This document shows, one piece after another, positions 1-11,367 of a stretch of DNA of 56,309 nt. The translations under genes and the position numbers were made by a program. Numbering within the stretch: position 1 is the stretch's first letter; each line of letters starts with the position of its first letter. Source of the DNA: Stramenopiles sp. TOSAG23-2 (taxonomy: Eukaryota); the NCBI GenBank assembly GCA_900128395.1, contig LT649258.1, positions 1-56,309 on the forward strand, written 5' to 3'. The notes below the pieces were generated by a model, which worked only from the letters and a program-made list of their open reading frames with translations, was not told where the DNA came from and did not search any database.

Positions 1-106
1 TTCCGTTTAAGTAAGGACCATCGTATACTCCCCCAAAATCACCCCTACGCGAACACTAATTCAATTATATAGTAATGTTGCATTTATATTATTATTTTTT
101 TTTTAC

Positions 107-240
107 TTAAATTCTACAGTGTATTGTGGACGGAGAGATCTTTCCTATCAAGGCGATTTAGGATTTTTCGATTTGTCCCTTCTGGATACTTAAATCCTAC
201 AGAAGTATGTGGACGGAGAGATCTTTCCTATCAAGGCGAA
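107..240. repeat. Diverged ~50-nt direct repeat pair
   Basis: cttaaa(t/c)..ctacag..gtggacggagagatctttcctatcaaggcga occurs at ~107-156 and ~189-239 with an identical core and a diverged 5' half. Confidence 0.8.
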
Positions 241-589
241 TCCTTGGGTCTTTTGCAGGTGCACAGCACTGAATATTAACAGAGTGTGACTGATACTATC
301 ATCTACACAACAACAAATTAAATTATTAATTTTTGAATTTGGTCCAACAAATATAAATATTTTATATACTGGTATATATTTCATTTCATTTCATCTCATT
401 CCGTTTTTTCAACATTCTTTCCATTCATTCATCATTATATTTTTACAAACCCTTTTGTCAACATAACAGACTGACATAATAATTATAATTGTATCAATGT
501 TATAATAATTTTATATAAATAAAAGGTGGTGAAAATATTTTTAAAACATCATTTTACAAAAGTATTTTTTTTTTTTTTAAATAAAAAAG

Positions 590-2727
590 ATGGACAATAA
601 TAATAATAACGAGGGCAATAATAGAAATAACGATGCTACGCAAAGAAAAGTTATATTGACAAAGCAAGCTGTAAAAATAGAAGCGAATAAACAAGGCCAT
701 AGTGATGTGAATACCATCAGCAAATTAACTTTGCAACGCCGTGAATTGACTGGACTTGGTAATGGTTTACATGGTATGATTAATTTAGTGTATCTTGATT
801 TATCAAGAAATATGTTATCTTCGTTGAATGGGCTTCGAAATTGCCCTGCTTTATCAACTTTGATATTGTATTATAATCGATTAGAAAATTTAAAAGAAAT
901 TAGGAAACTAGAAGCGTTGAAATTATTGCGAGATTTAGACTTGCGGTTAAATCCATTTACACGCGAAGAGTATTATAGAACATATATTGTTCATCATTTA
1001 CCATTTTTATCACGATTAGACGAACGTGATGTTGCACCAGCTGAACGAAGAGTTGCTGCTGATGTCTTACGTGAAGTAGATGTTACATTATTAGGTGATT
1101 TTGGTCGTGGTGATGATGATGATGATGATAATAGTTATGGTGAAGATGATGAGATTCGCTTTTACAATCACAGTAGGAACACCAACAACAATAGCGTGGG
1201 TAGTCCTTCTCGATTAGATGTAGATAATTTTATGATGGAAGAAGGAATTCACGTTTCAAATACTACTATTGGTAATAATAATAATAATAACAATGACATT
1301 AGTCAAGTATTAGAATCGGTGGATCAAATGAATAATAATAGTAATCGACAACAAAATCAAAGTGTTATTTTAAGAGAAAAGACACGAATGGATGAAGATA
1401 TCGATGCTGTATTAGGGGAACTTACAAATTGCATTTCAGAAGTTGCATTGCCACATCGCCTATCAATGAACCCACAAACGATTGTTCATGTACCATCTGT
1501 CGTAGCTCGTGTTGCCCAACCAGCATTACGATCCATTGTACGACGTGTTATTTTACGACAATCAAGGCAATCAAAAGAATATACAAATCGTTTAAAACGT
1601 TTTCAAGAAGAATTTGATGATTATGAAGTCAAATTGAAAAACGGTGTTTCACGAGTTAATAAATTTAAAGCGCAACTTTCAGCAACTGAAAATGACAATG
1701 AACGTTTAGTAAATGAATTGAAAAATGCACGAACAAAATTAGTAGAACAAGAAAATCGATTTTTAGCAGAAAAAGCAGAATTGGCTAGCGCAGAAATTGT
1801 AAATTCATGCTTAGAATCTATCAATATGTTAAGAGAATCACATCGTGCATTGATGAATAACAACACTGATCTACGCAATGAATTAGAAAGTGTGAAAATG
1901 CGATATAAAACAGAAGCAAATCGATGGAAAAGTAATTTTGAAGAATTGCGGAAAGTATATGAAAGTAGATTAGAGTATGAATCTACAACTGCAACGACTA
2001 TGGGCGTTGGTAGTAGTCCTAGAAAAGGGTAAGTTTTTTTTTTTTTGTACTATCTGATACATTCAAAATTTTTTTACGCACCAAAAAAAAAGTAATATAA
2101 ACATGTGAATCATTAACATATTTACATATATGGAATTGCAGGAAAAATAGAGGAAATGGATTACAAAGTATAAACGGTACTAGTAGTAATATTACTAATG
2201 GTGAACCACATACTCGTAATTATACATTTCGTATTCCAGAAAAAATAGATGCAGCATTTCAATCAGAAGTACAAGAAACAAATCAAATGGCACAAAACAA
2301 AGTAGAGGAGTATATAAATGCACGTCGTTACTCTCCAAATGATATTGAAGAAGATAAAAATGATGATTTAAATCATGATAATGGTCGACAAACAAGTATT
2401 GATGGAAAAAAATTAGTAATGGATGATATTGTTAATGCAGCTCCTTCAAAAGAATACTATAACGATACAAATCATACTACATCCCCAGCAACTATTACAT
2501 ACAACAATAATAATGATACTATATTATCATCATCAAAAGCGTCAAGGATTAGGAGATCAGCTAATAATAGTAATAATAGAGGCAATGAGGAATTGCGATC
2601 ACCATATAAAAAAATGCTTCAAGGTAGTAAAAATCGTAATGATGAAGATGCAATTAGTGCAGGGGAATGGGCAAGTGCATTAGGAATGGCTGGAGAAAGG
2701 TTAAAGTTAGCATCACCACAGAAGTAA
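590..2727 (+). CDS. CEP72: CEP72/LRRC36-like leucine-rich-repeat + coiled-coil centrosomal protein; 2 exons join(590..2028,2142..2727)
   Basis: LDLSRNMLSSLNGL..LILYYNRL..LDLRLNPF..YRTYIVHHLPFLSRLDERDV..ER matches the CEP72-type LRR/LRRcap. Intron 2029-2141 (GTAAGT..cattaac..TGCAG, 113 nt) joins ORF 590-2032 in frame with ORF 2287-2727. Confidence 0.75.
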
Positions 2728-3048
2728 TAAGAAAAAAAATTAGTTGTGTCCATTTGTGTGTAATATTATAATATATATATATATTATTCGATGATGGTGG
2801 TGTCGTGGTATTTAGTTGTGAGAGTAAAAAAATATGATACACATATATGCTCTTGTGTGTGTGCATTAATAATTTGGAATCGTCGTGTGTCTAGAGAATA
2901 ATTTTTTTACGAATGTAATTAATATTTTTATATAAATTTTTTATTTAAACTAGATTATATGTATATTATTTTCAACTAATTTTAAACGCAAAATATAAAA
3001 GCGAGAGCATATAAATTTCAAATATTATACACCTTTTAAAATATATCT

Positions 3049-3630
3049 CTAACGATTTGCTTTTGCTACACGTTCAATTTCATCTTTCTTTTTAATAGCA
3101 AAAGAGTTAGGGGAACTTTTAGATGCATTAACAATTTCATCAGCTAAACATTCAGATATGGTTTTAACATTTCTGAACGATGATGCACGTGCACCAGTAA
3201 CCATCAAGTATAATGCTTGATTTACACGGCGGAATGGTGATACATCACATGATTGACGTCTTACAACACCAGCGGAACCAACACGAGTGGAATCTTCACG
3301 TGGGCCTGCATTTGCAACAGCACTAACAACAACTTGGATTGGGTTTTCATCAGTCATCAAATGAATAAGTTCCAAAGTTGCACGTACGATGCGTACAGCT
3401 AAAAGTTTTTTACCACTGTTACGACCGTGGAACATCAATGCACATACAAGGCGCTCAATAATTGGGCATTGAACTTTACGGAAACGTTTTTTTGCATAAC
3501 GTGCTGCTGTATGTGGCAAATACACTGCGTTTTTATGTGCAATGTAATCTGTCAAGGAAATATCATCAACTTCCAACCCTTCGAAAGTCCAACGATTAAA
3601 TAATTTTGGTGCGTTTGCAAATTCAGTCAT
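3049..3630 (-). CDS. RPS5: 40S ribosomal protein S5 (uS7)
   Basis: [76 protein letters not shown]. True ATG is at 3630. Confidence 0.97.
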   Translation of the reverse strand: MTEFANAPKLFNRWTFEGLEVDDISLTDYIAHKNAVYLPHTAARYAKKRFRKVQCPIIERLVCALMFHGRNSGKKLLAVRIVRATLELIHLMTDENPIQVVVSAVANAGPREDSTRVGSAGVVRRQSCDVSPFRRVNQALYLMVTGARASSFRNVKTISECLADEIVNASKSSPNSFAIKKKDEIERVAKANR

Positions 3631-3754
3631 ATTTATTCTTCTTAATAATATTTTTGTTGTTGCGTTTATTTGTATTAGATATATGAATTGTATATATATA
3701 TGTTTACATATATGCATCTATCTATCTATTTTTTTGATCTAATAATAAAATATA

Positions 3755-4165
3755 NNNNNNNNNNNNNNNNNNNNNNNNNNNNNNNNNNNNNNNNNNNNNN
3801 NNNNNNNNNNNNNNNNNNNNNNNNNNNNNNNNNNNNNNNNNNNNNNNNNNNNNNNNNNNNNNNNNNNNNNNNNNNNNNNNNNNNNNNNNNNNNNNNNNNN
3901 NNNNNNNNNNNNNNNNNNNNNNNNNNNNNNNNNNNNNNNNNNNNNNNNNNNNNNNNNNNNNNNNNNNNNNNNNNNNNNNNNNNNNNNNNNNNNNNNNNNN
4001 NNNNNNNNNNNNNNNNNNNNNNNNNNNNNNNNNNNNNNNNNNNNNNNNNNNNNNNNNNNNNNNNNNNNNNNNNNNNNNNNNNNNNNNNNNNNNNNNNNNN
4101 NNNNNNNNNNNNNNNNNNNNNNNNNNNNNNNNNNNNNNNNNNNNNNNNNNNNNNNNNNNNNNNNN
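3755..4165. other. Assembly gap (411 N)
   Basis: Run of N. ORFs crossing it in the ORF track are artefactual. Confidence 1.
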
Positions 4166-6147
4166 CACATAATAGTAATAGTATAGTACCACCTTCCACC
4201 AGCACCACCACCACATCTAAAACAACAGCAAGTAATGTGGTGAAACAAAGTGATAATAAAAAAGAAGTGGCAACATCTACCTCCTCCTCCTCCTCCTCCT
4301 CATCGTCAAAAACAACATCAACAAACAAAGCTACGACCCCATCAAAGAAAATATCTCCTAAAGATGCAGGTAAATTATTTGATTCAGTATGGGCAACAAA
4401 ATCAAAAAAGGCTACCCCCTCACAAAAGCCAAAAGCAACAAATAGTAATAGTAATAATCTTCGTGGCAGTGCAAAAACTCCTAGCAACAACAACGAGAAA
4501 CAACAACAAGTGGAAGAAAAACATGAAGCAGACTTGAAACGTAGTTATGATGCATTAGATAAAGCATCGCCTGAAACGAAAGAAGCATTAGTTGAAACGA
4601 GCTCAAAATTGAAAACAGGTTTAAGTGCAAAATTAGATGCAAAAGAGAAAGCTTTAAAGATGTCTGAAAATAATCCTTTTTATGAAAAATACAGTTCCAA
4701 TGAAAAGGCACCGAAAAGAAAACCTCAGCCACAGGATAATGAAGACGAAGAAGAACCGGAAGACCCTTCTTCATTGTTAGAAGAGCAACAGCGAATGAAC
4801 GCAGGCGAGCCATTGACTTCCTCTGATAAGGATGTCACAATGAATACTGCAGAAACAATGTCAGCTGTTGCAGCGATGAACCAACCAGTAGCGCACCCTG
4901 TAAATAGTGCATGGAATCCGTTAAATCAAGACCATACACCTCAAGCGTTAACTTACGGTGCCGTACCAAGTGCAAATGCACCACATATGCCGGCAAATAT
5001 TTATCCGCTTGGTTCCGTTGATTCTGCTGGTTCAGTAGTGCCAAGTCCAACTTATTTAGCTGGGTCACATGGTGTAGTGAATTCTCAATATGTGCGTTCG
5101 CCAGATGTTGGAACAATGCCACAACAAATGAATGCAGGATTACCTGGATACAATGCAGGATATCAAGCAGGGCTTGCAGCAGCAGGTGTCAGCAGCAGCA
5201 ATACACAAACTGCATTAATAGAACAGAAACAACAACAACAACAACCAGCAGTAAATAAATATAATCAAGGATATCAAGCCGGTGTTGCAGCAGCAAAGTA
5301 TAAAGCTGGATATGAAGCTGGATTGCATTCATTGCAGCAGCAACAGCGACAACAACCGGCAGCAGCAGCGCCAGCTCCAGTAGCTGCCGCAAATGCGCAA
5401 CAACAACAACGATTTGTTCAAGTTCCAGTTGGAACACAAGCAAAAGTAGCAAATGCCGCTCCACAAGTACAACAACAAGTACAACAACAACCACAACAAC
5501 AACCACAACAAGTAATCATCAAGGTTGTACAAGAGAAACCATCTACGGCTACTGCTGTAAAATATACTCCTGCAAAAGTTCATCCACAACAACGATTGAT
5601 ATCAAAAGCTAGTTTATTAAGTAACAATGGTATGACAAAGAACCGTCAACAATTTCAACAACCACAACAAAAAAACATAAATTCAAATAGTAATAGAAAT
5701 AATTTGGCACTTTTAGATGTGAAATCCAAATCGAAAAGCAAAGTAAAAGAGCCATCGGGAGTTTACAATGGTAATTATCTTGCAAGTTGGCCACCTCCAC
5801 AAGGCACGCAACAACATTTGATGACTCCATTATTAGGAAATGCTGTAGCTCCTGCAGTTCCACCTCCATCGCCTCCACAAATTGGTATGGCACCACCACC
5901 ACCACCTGCGTCTCATATATCTAATACCCCAGATGTCCTTCCACAACCAACGCCTCCAACGGATGCAACGGATGTGCGTTATGGAGCAAAGAGATTTCCT
6001 GATCAAAGTGATGCAGGTAGCTGGGCTGGTGGCGCAAGTACAGAATCTAAGAATAACGGAGATGAAGGCGAGCCATTGTTAAATGAGCCACTGCAAACAC
6101 CGTTTGGAAGAGAGGACACGCAAAATGCACATGGAGAGATGAAGTAA
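4166..6147 (+). CDS. Low-complexity S/T/Q/P-rich protein, 5' partial (start lost in gap)
   Basis: ~660 open codons after the gap with host-like codon usage; GYxAG repeats, poly-Q and poly-P; no recognisable domain. Confidence 0.7.
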
Positions 6148-7625
6148 TTTTTTTTGTATATATATTGATTCGCTTGCTGATGTAATAATATGTACTCCTG
6201 CAATCTAGGTTTAGTTAACTCTGTCGTATCATCAAACTTAAACTCAAAGGGCCTTTCGCAAGATGGTTCATCATCTGGATGGTGTAAAGATTCCATATAT
6301 GGATGTGCTAATGCACCTTCTACTGTAATTCGTTTTCTTGGATCAAATTGACACATGTCATCAATCAATTTAAACGCAAGTTTATTTTCGTATTTTGGAT
6401 ACACTTCGCTCCATGGAACTTTCGATTTCTTTCTCATCCCTTGCATGAAACGGCGTGCTTTTGAACTCGTGATGAATCCCAATTCTTGTTCCGTTGGACT
6501 TCCAACGACGTCACAAATAATTTTTAATTCATGTATATAATCATTTCCTGGAAATAATGGTTTTCGTGACATCAATTCACCAAAGATACAACCAGCGGAC
6601 CACATATCAATGGCAGGCCCGTATTGCTTTACTGCTAACATGATTTCTGGTGCCCTGTACCATCTTGTTACGACATACTCCGTCATATCTCCCGCATCAG
6701 CTGTATCTGCTGTGCTTTCCTGGTCCATACCTCTTGCTAAACCAAAATCGCAAATTTTCAAATCACAATTTGCATTGACTAATAAATTGGATGGTTTTAA
6801 ATCACGATGTATTACATTTGCACTGTGTAAATATTTTAAACCACGTAATAATTGATATAAAAAATATTGAACATGTTCATCAGATAATTTTTGTCTTGAA
6901 TAGATTACACGATGTAAATCTGTTTCCATTAAATCTGATATTAAATATACATCTTCGAAATTCCGCATATTAGTCGGTTTGATTATATCAGTGCATGATA
7001 TAATATTTTCATGATCGAAATGTCGTAATAAAACTAACTCACGCAAAATTCGTTTTGCATCAATTAAATCCTCAAATGCTTTGGTAACTTTTTTTATTGC
7101 AACTTTTTTATTAGTACGTTTATCCAATGCAGATACAACTACGCCATAAGCCCCTTGACCGATTGGTTTGATTAATTCATAATTTTTTGTAACTGTAAAC
7201 GATGTGCCTGATACCGCAAATGAATACATTTCATTGAATGCGGGCGAACCATTACTACTACTTTTATTATTATTATTATTACTACTACTATTTTTATTAT
7301 TATATGTTGCTGATGTTCCATTACCAGTTTTACCTTTTACACCATCAATAACTTTTTGTATTGCTTTGACCCATAACAATTGCTCTTCGCTTGTACTAGC
7401 ATATGCATACAACGCAATATTTGGTGTTTTTACTTCTATTGCATTCCTTTGAATCACAGATTGCCTAACTGTCGTATCTTGTGATATTGGTATTACACCT
7501 CGTATGTTTGAATCGCCTTCCTTTTTATAATAACATAATGTATTTTCATCACTATCTAATACAAAATACCGTTTTTTCCAATTACGGCCTGATTTCATCG
7601 CGCGTTTTACTAAATACCCATTCAT
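6003..7625 (-). CDS. PH-domain MAP kinase (TEY type); 3' end uncertain
   Basis: N-terminal PH (GYLVKRAMKSGRNWKKRYFVL..WVKAIQ), then kinase motifs IGQGAYGVV, VAIKK, HRDLKPSN, DFGLAR, MTEYVVTRWYRAPE. Homology fades after LQEYIL (~6187). Confidence 0.93.
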   Translation of the reverse strand: MNGYLVKRAMKSGRNWKKRYFVLDSDENTLCYYKKEGDSNIRGVIPISQDTTVRQSVIQRNAIEVKTPNIALYAYASTSEEQLLWVKAIQKVIDGVKGKTGNGTSATYNNKNSSSNNNNNKSSSNGSPAFNEMYSFAVSGTSFTVTKNYELIKPIGQGAYGVVVSALDKRTNKKVAIKKVTKAFEDLIDAKRILRELVLLRHFDHENIISCTDIIKPTNMRNFEDVYLISDLMETDLHRVIYSRQKLSDEHVQYFLYQLLRGLKYLHSANVIHRDLKPSNLLVNANCDLKICDFGLARGMDQESTADTADAGDMTEYVVTRWYRAPEIMLAVKQYGPAIDMWSAGCIFGELMSRKPLFPGNDYIHELKIICDVVGSPTEQELGFITSSKARRFMQGMRKKSKVPWSEVYPKYENKLAFKLIDDMCQFDPRKRITVEGALAHPYMESLHHPDDEPSCERPFEFKFDDTTELTKPRLQEYILLHQQANQYIYKKNYFISPCAFCVSSLPNGVCSGSFNNGSPSSPLFLDSVLAPPAQLPASL

Positions 7626-8280
7626 TTTGACTCAATGACTCGGTTATATATTCAATACTGTATATATTTGTATATAAATATATATATATATATATATCTT
7701 TCTTTCTTTGTTGTATATAGTTCTGTTTCCTCTTCGTCTATTGCTGCATATATATAATACAGTATAATATCTATTTCAATTGTTGACCAGTACAATAATA
7801 TGTTTTTTTTGTGCTTTTCCATTCAAAAAATAATATAAAAATAATAAATAATAATAATCATCAGCATCTTCTCTCTATCAAAAACAACAACAAAACTGGA
7901 TATAGCTGGATAATAGCACAGTACTAGGGTATTAACAGTACGAAACAACGAAAATAGGGCTGAAAAAGCTGAGATTCAACGCTCAACGCGCGGTGGCGTG
8001 GGGCATGGAGTATAATCTGGCCATTGGTTAGTATACTTACAAGTACGATCATCAGCTAATTAATAGGCAAGAGGCAAGAATATAAAAGAAGTTAAATAAG
8101 GTGCTAAGAGGAAATAAAACCAACAATACATGTATCGCGGGGGTCAACACTCAGCAGGTCAGCACAGACTTTTTATATACAAAATCATATATATGTTTTA
8201 AAACCACGTCGTACATCATATCACACACAACAAAAAAATGTACTTCGTACGAAGCGTACACGTACACACACCATGTTTTT

Positions 8281-9800
8281 TTATAATTCATCCATACTAC
8301 TAAGAACACCACTACCAAATTCTGTAAAACTTGGAGGTGTGATATCCTCATTATCATCATTCATTAATTCCCTTTCAGTCAATATTTGAGGAGTTTCTTC
8401 TTTTTTCTCATTGTCAACCATATCACCAAACATATTCGTATTTTCATCAAACTTGTTTTTAATTTCAACAGTATATTCTGGATCTTTATATTTGTCGCAA
8501 CGGATTCCGTCTGTACTTTTACATTTAAAGTTTCTGTTTTTTTTAATTTTGTCGTCATAAAAATCATCTGCCTCATTAATCAATAGATGAAAATGTGCAG
8601 GTGATATATTGTTGACAACTTCATTTACCGGCCGACCTGCCGAACGCAAATGCGTTACTTCATGTACTATATCTACTATTCCGCGGAATAACGGTGGAAT
8701 TATATATTTTTTCGCCGAAGTTTTATAACCAGCGCCAAAATTGCTTTGTACCTCTGTCATAATAGGTCTCAATGTCAACTCATCAACCATAAAGTCAGAA
8801 CGATATGTACCAATGGAAAATGCATTTGATTTCCATGGCGAGCAACCCTCTTCTAAATAATAACCTAACAACAATGACTCCGGCAAATCAATATATGGTT
8901 CTTCCCCTTTCATGGTAGGAACCGTTGCATTTAAAACTCGTACAATAGATCGTTTCATTTGTGAAAACAAATATTCAAATGCACCACTACCACGATCAGT
9001 ATTGATATATTCCTTATAATCTTGCATTCTCCATTTTAAAGATTTTTTCAATTCTTTATATTTTTTATGCGATTTCTGAGCATCAATGTTTGTTACATGT
9101 TTATAAGGATTGAACTGACCATGATCATATGGTTCAGCGTTACGACGTATTTGCCATTCATCCAAATAATATACAATCAATGGATCAATTGAAACTAGTG
9201 TCCAATACAATGCTACTTCGGATTTATGGTTGTGTAACAAATATGGAGTTTGAAAATATACTTGCATTATATCTTCACCAATCATAACACCTTCATATTC
9301 TTTTGGTGAATGTAAAAATTGAATAAATTCATCATGTTGTAAGACTTTTACACCACTTCCTCCGGCACCATCACTCGGTTTCAATATAATTTTAGTATCT
9401 TTTTCTTCAATGAAACGTTGCTCTAATTCGTGAACATCTCGTTCGGAGTCAATTGGTAATAGTTCCGGTACAACATCCCATGTTTCAACGCATTCGTCAG
9501 CTTTCAAATACTTTGGGCAAACTTTTTGTTCATAACGTTTTAAATAACGTGGCAAAAGTCCTTTGTCAACAAATATATCTTCCCCTTGAAAAAAATTGAC
9601 CATTTGTCTAGAGGTTAAAAAATTTCGTTCCATTTTTTTATCCATTAACTCTGTACAATAGTCTTCCACCAAATTCAACCATATAAAAGTGCATTTTTGA
9701 AGATCAAAACTCTGCGTCCAACCATGACTTTCCCATAATTCCTCAGCAGTATATGCTCCACCAATCGAACAAAATGTTTTCTCCACATCATCACCGTTGC
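8281..9800 (-). CDS. Tubulin-tyrosine-ligase-like (TTL/ATP-grasp) protein, 5' partial
   Basis: ILKPSDGAGGSGVKV, IMQVYFQTPYLL, LVSIDPL, HVTN and SDFMVD..TEVQ resemble TTL family motifs. No proper ATG: it abuts QTRT1 head-to-head. Confidence 0.7.
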
Positions 9801-9802
9801 TG

Positions 9803-11116
9803 AGAGCTCGTGCCACAACATTAACTTTGCATCATGGACCGGTACGTACACCTGTCTTCATGCCAGTTGGGACCCAAGGAACGGTGAAAGGATTGACTGC
9901 ATCGCAATTGAAGCAATTAGATTGTGAAATAATATTAGGGAATACATATCATTTAGCATTAAGACCAGGGGCAGATATTTTAGATGAACTTGGCGGTCTT
10001 CATAAATTAGCTGGATGGGATAGAAATATTTTAACAGATAGTGGTGGGTTTCAAATGGTCAGTCTTTTAGCATTAGCTGATATCACCGAGGAAGGAGTTA
10101 CTTTTCAATCACCAGTTGACGGAACAACTATGTTATTAACCCCCGAGGAATCCATGCGGGTACAAAATTGTATTGGTTCCGATATTATGATGGTATTAGA
10201 CGATGTTGTATCCAGTGTATCTACCGATACAGAGCGTTTTAAAGAGGCAACTGCTCGAACCATTCGATGGCTTGATCGTTGCATTAAAGCTCATAAGAAA
10301 AAAGATACGCAATGTTTATTTGCAATTACTCAAGGTGGTTTAGATGTTACCCCTAATGGTTTACGGGATCAATGTTTAGATATGATGTTAAAACGCGATA
10401 AAGATTTGCCTGGGTATGCTATTGGTGGATTAGCCGGTGGTGAATCAAAAGATGCTTTTTGGAAAGTAGTAGCGCATGGTACAAAACGTTTGCCTTCCAA
10501 TAAACCAAGATATTTAATGGGTGTTGGATATCCATTAGATTTAGTTGTTTGCACATCATTAGGTGTAGATATGTATGATTGTGTCTACCCGACACGCACT
10601 GCTAGATTCGGTACTGCATTGGTACCAGAAGAGACTGGGCTCTTAAAATTGAAACAATCACTGTGTGCTAAAGATCATAGACCAATTGAAGCTAATTGCC
10701 CATGCGAAGCATGTCAAAATTACACTAGGGCAAGGATACATTACATGTTGAAATCATCTAATTCTATTGCTACTAGATTAATAACAATGCATAACATATC
10801 ATACATGATGCGTTTAGTTCGAACAATGAGATCAGAAATTATTAACGGTACATTCGATAAATTTGTTGATAAATTTTTGAAACACTTTTTCAAGTCAAAA
10901 ACATCTTATCCGAAGTGGGTTTGTGAAGCATTGACAGAAGCTGGCTTAGGCGAAGTAGTAAAAGACTTCCTTCCGAAGGATAACAATAATAAAAAAAAGG
11001 ATGATAATAATGGAAATGTAAAAAATATGAAGCGTAACAATACTAATAATAATGCTAATAATGGCGAGCAAAAGAAGACAACAAAGAAAAGAAAGAAGAT
11101 TGTTGACAAGATGTAA
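9803..11116 (+). CDS. QTRT1: Queuine tRNA-ribosyltransferase catalytic subunit (eukaryotic TGT), 5' partial
   Basis: TPVFMPVGTQGTVKG, LGNTYHL, TDSGGFQMVSL, eukaryote-type LDDVV and GLAGGE, YLMGVGYP, DMYDCVYPTRTARFG, Zn site CPCEAC..H. The N-terminal Met is missing. Confidence 0.95.
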   Translation, partial: RARATTLTLHHGPVRTPVFMPVGTQGTVKGLTASQLKQLDCEIILGNTYHLALRPGADILDELGGLHKLAGWDRNILTDSGGFQMVSLLALADITEEGVTFQSPVDGTTMLLTPEESMRVQNCIGSDIMMVLDDVVSSVSTDTERFKEATARTIRWLDRCIKAHKKKDTQCLFAITQGGLDVTPNGLRDQCLDMMLKRDKDLPGYAIGGLAGGESKDAFWKVVAHGTKRLPSNKPRYLMGVGYPLDLVVCTSLGVDMYDCVYPTRTARFGTALVPEETGLLKLKQSLCAKDHRPIEANCPCEACQNYTRARIHYMLKSSNSIATRLITMHNISYMMRLVRTMRSEIINGTFDKFVDKFLKHFFKSKTSYPKWVCEALTEAGLGEVVKDFLPKDNNNKKKDDNNGNVKNMKRNNTNNNANNGEQKKTTKKRKKIVDKM

Positions 11117-11367
11117 AAAAAAATATTTAATGTATGTATGTGTACAACTGTGGCAAGTTGATACCATCTATTTATGATACCTTCATTGGTATGTCATATT
11201 CTCTTTTATTGAAAATATCAACACCCTAGTGTGAGATAGATATTGCTGTCTCAGTTATTGCATTCTTTTGAAGAGTATGATATTATACGAAGCTTCGTAG
11301 GAATTATCATGGGAGTTAATTTTTATTTTACTTTAAAAAAAATAAATTTTAAAGCGCGTAAATTAAA

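Noticed and set aside
1..60. SSU rRNA or U1 snRNA fragment on the minus strand (gggggagtat..cttaaacggaa)
   Set aside because: Only scattered short matches; no conserved flanking sequence.
3688..4493. ORFs spanning the N gap and antisense shadow ORFs (e.g. 22860-23357, 43298-44867)
   Set aside because: Artefacts of N translation, or reverse frames of low-complexity coding repeats.
7990..8060. tRNA-like sequence (ggggcatggagtataatctgg..)
   Set aside because: No T-loop GTTCRA and no cloverleaf.
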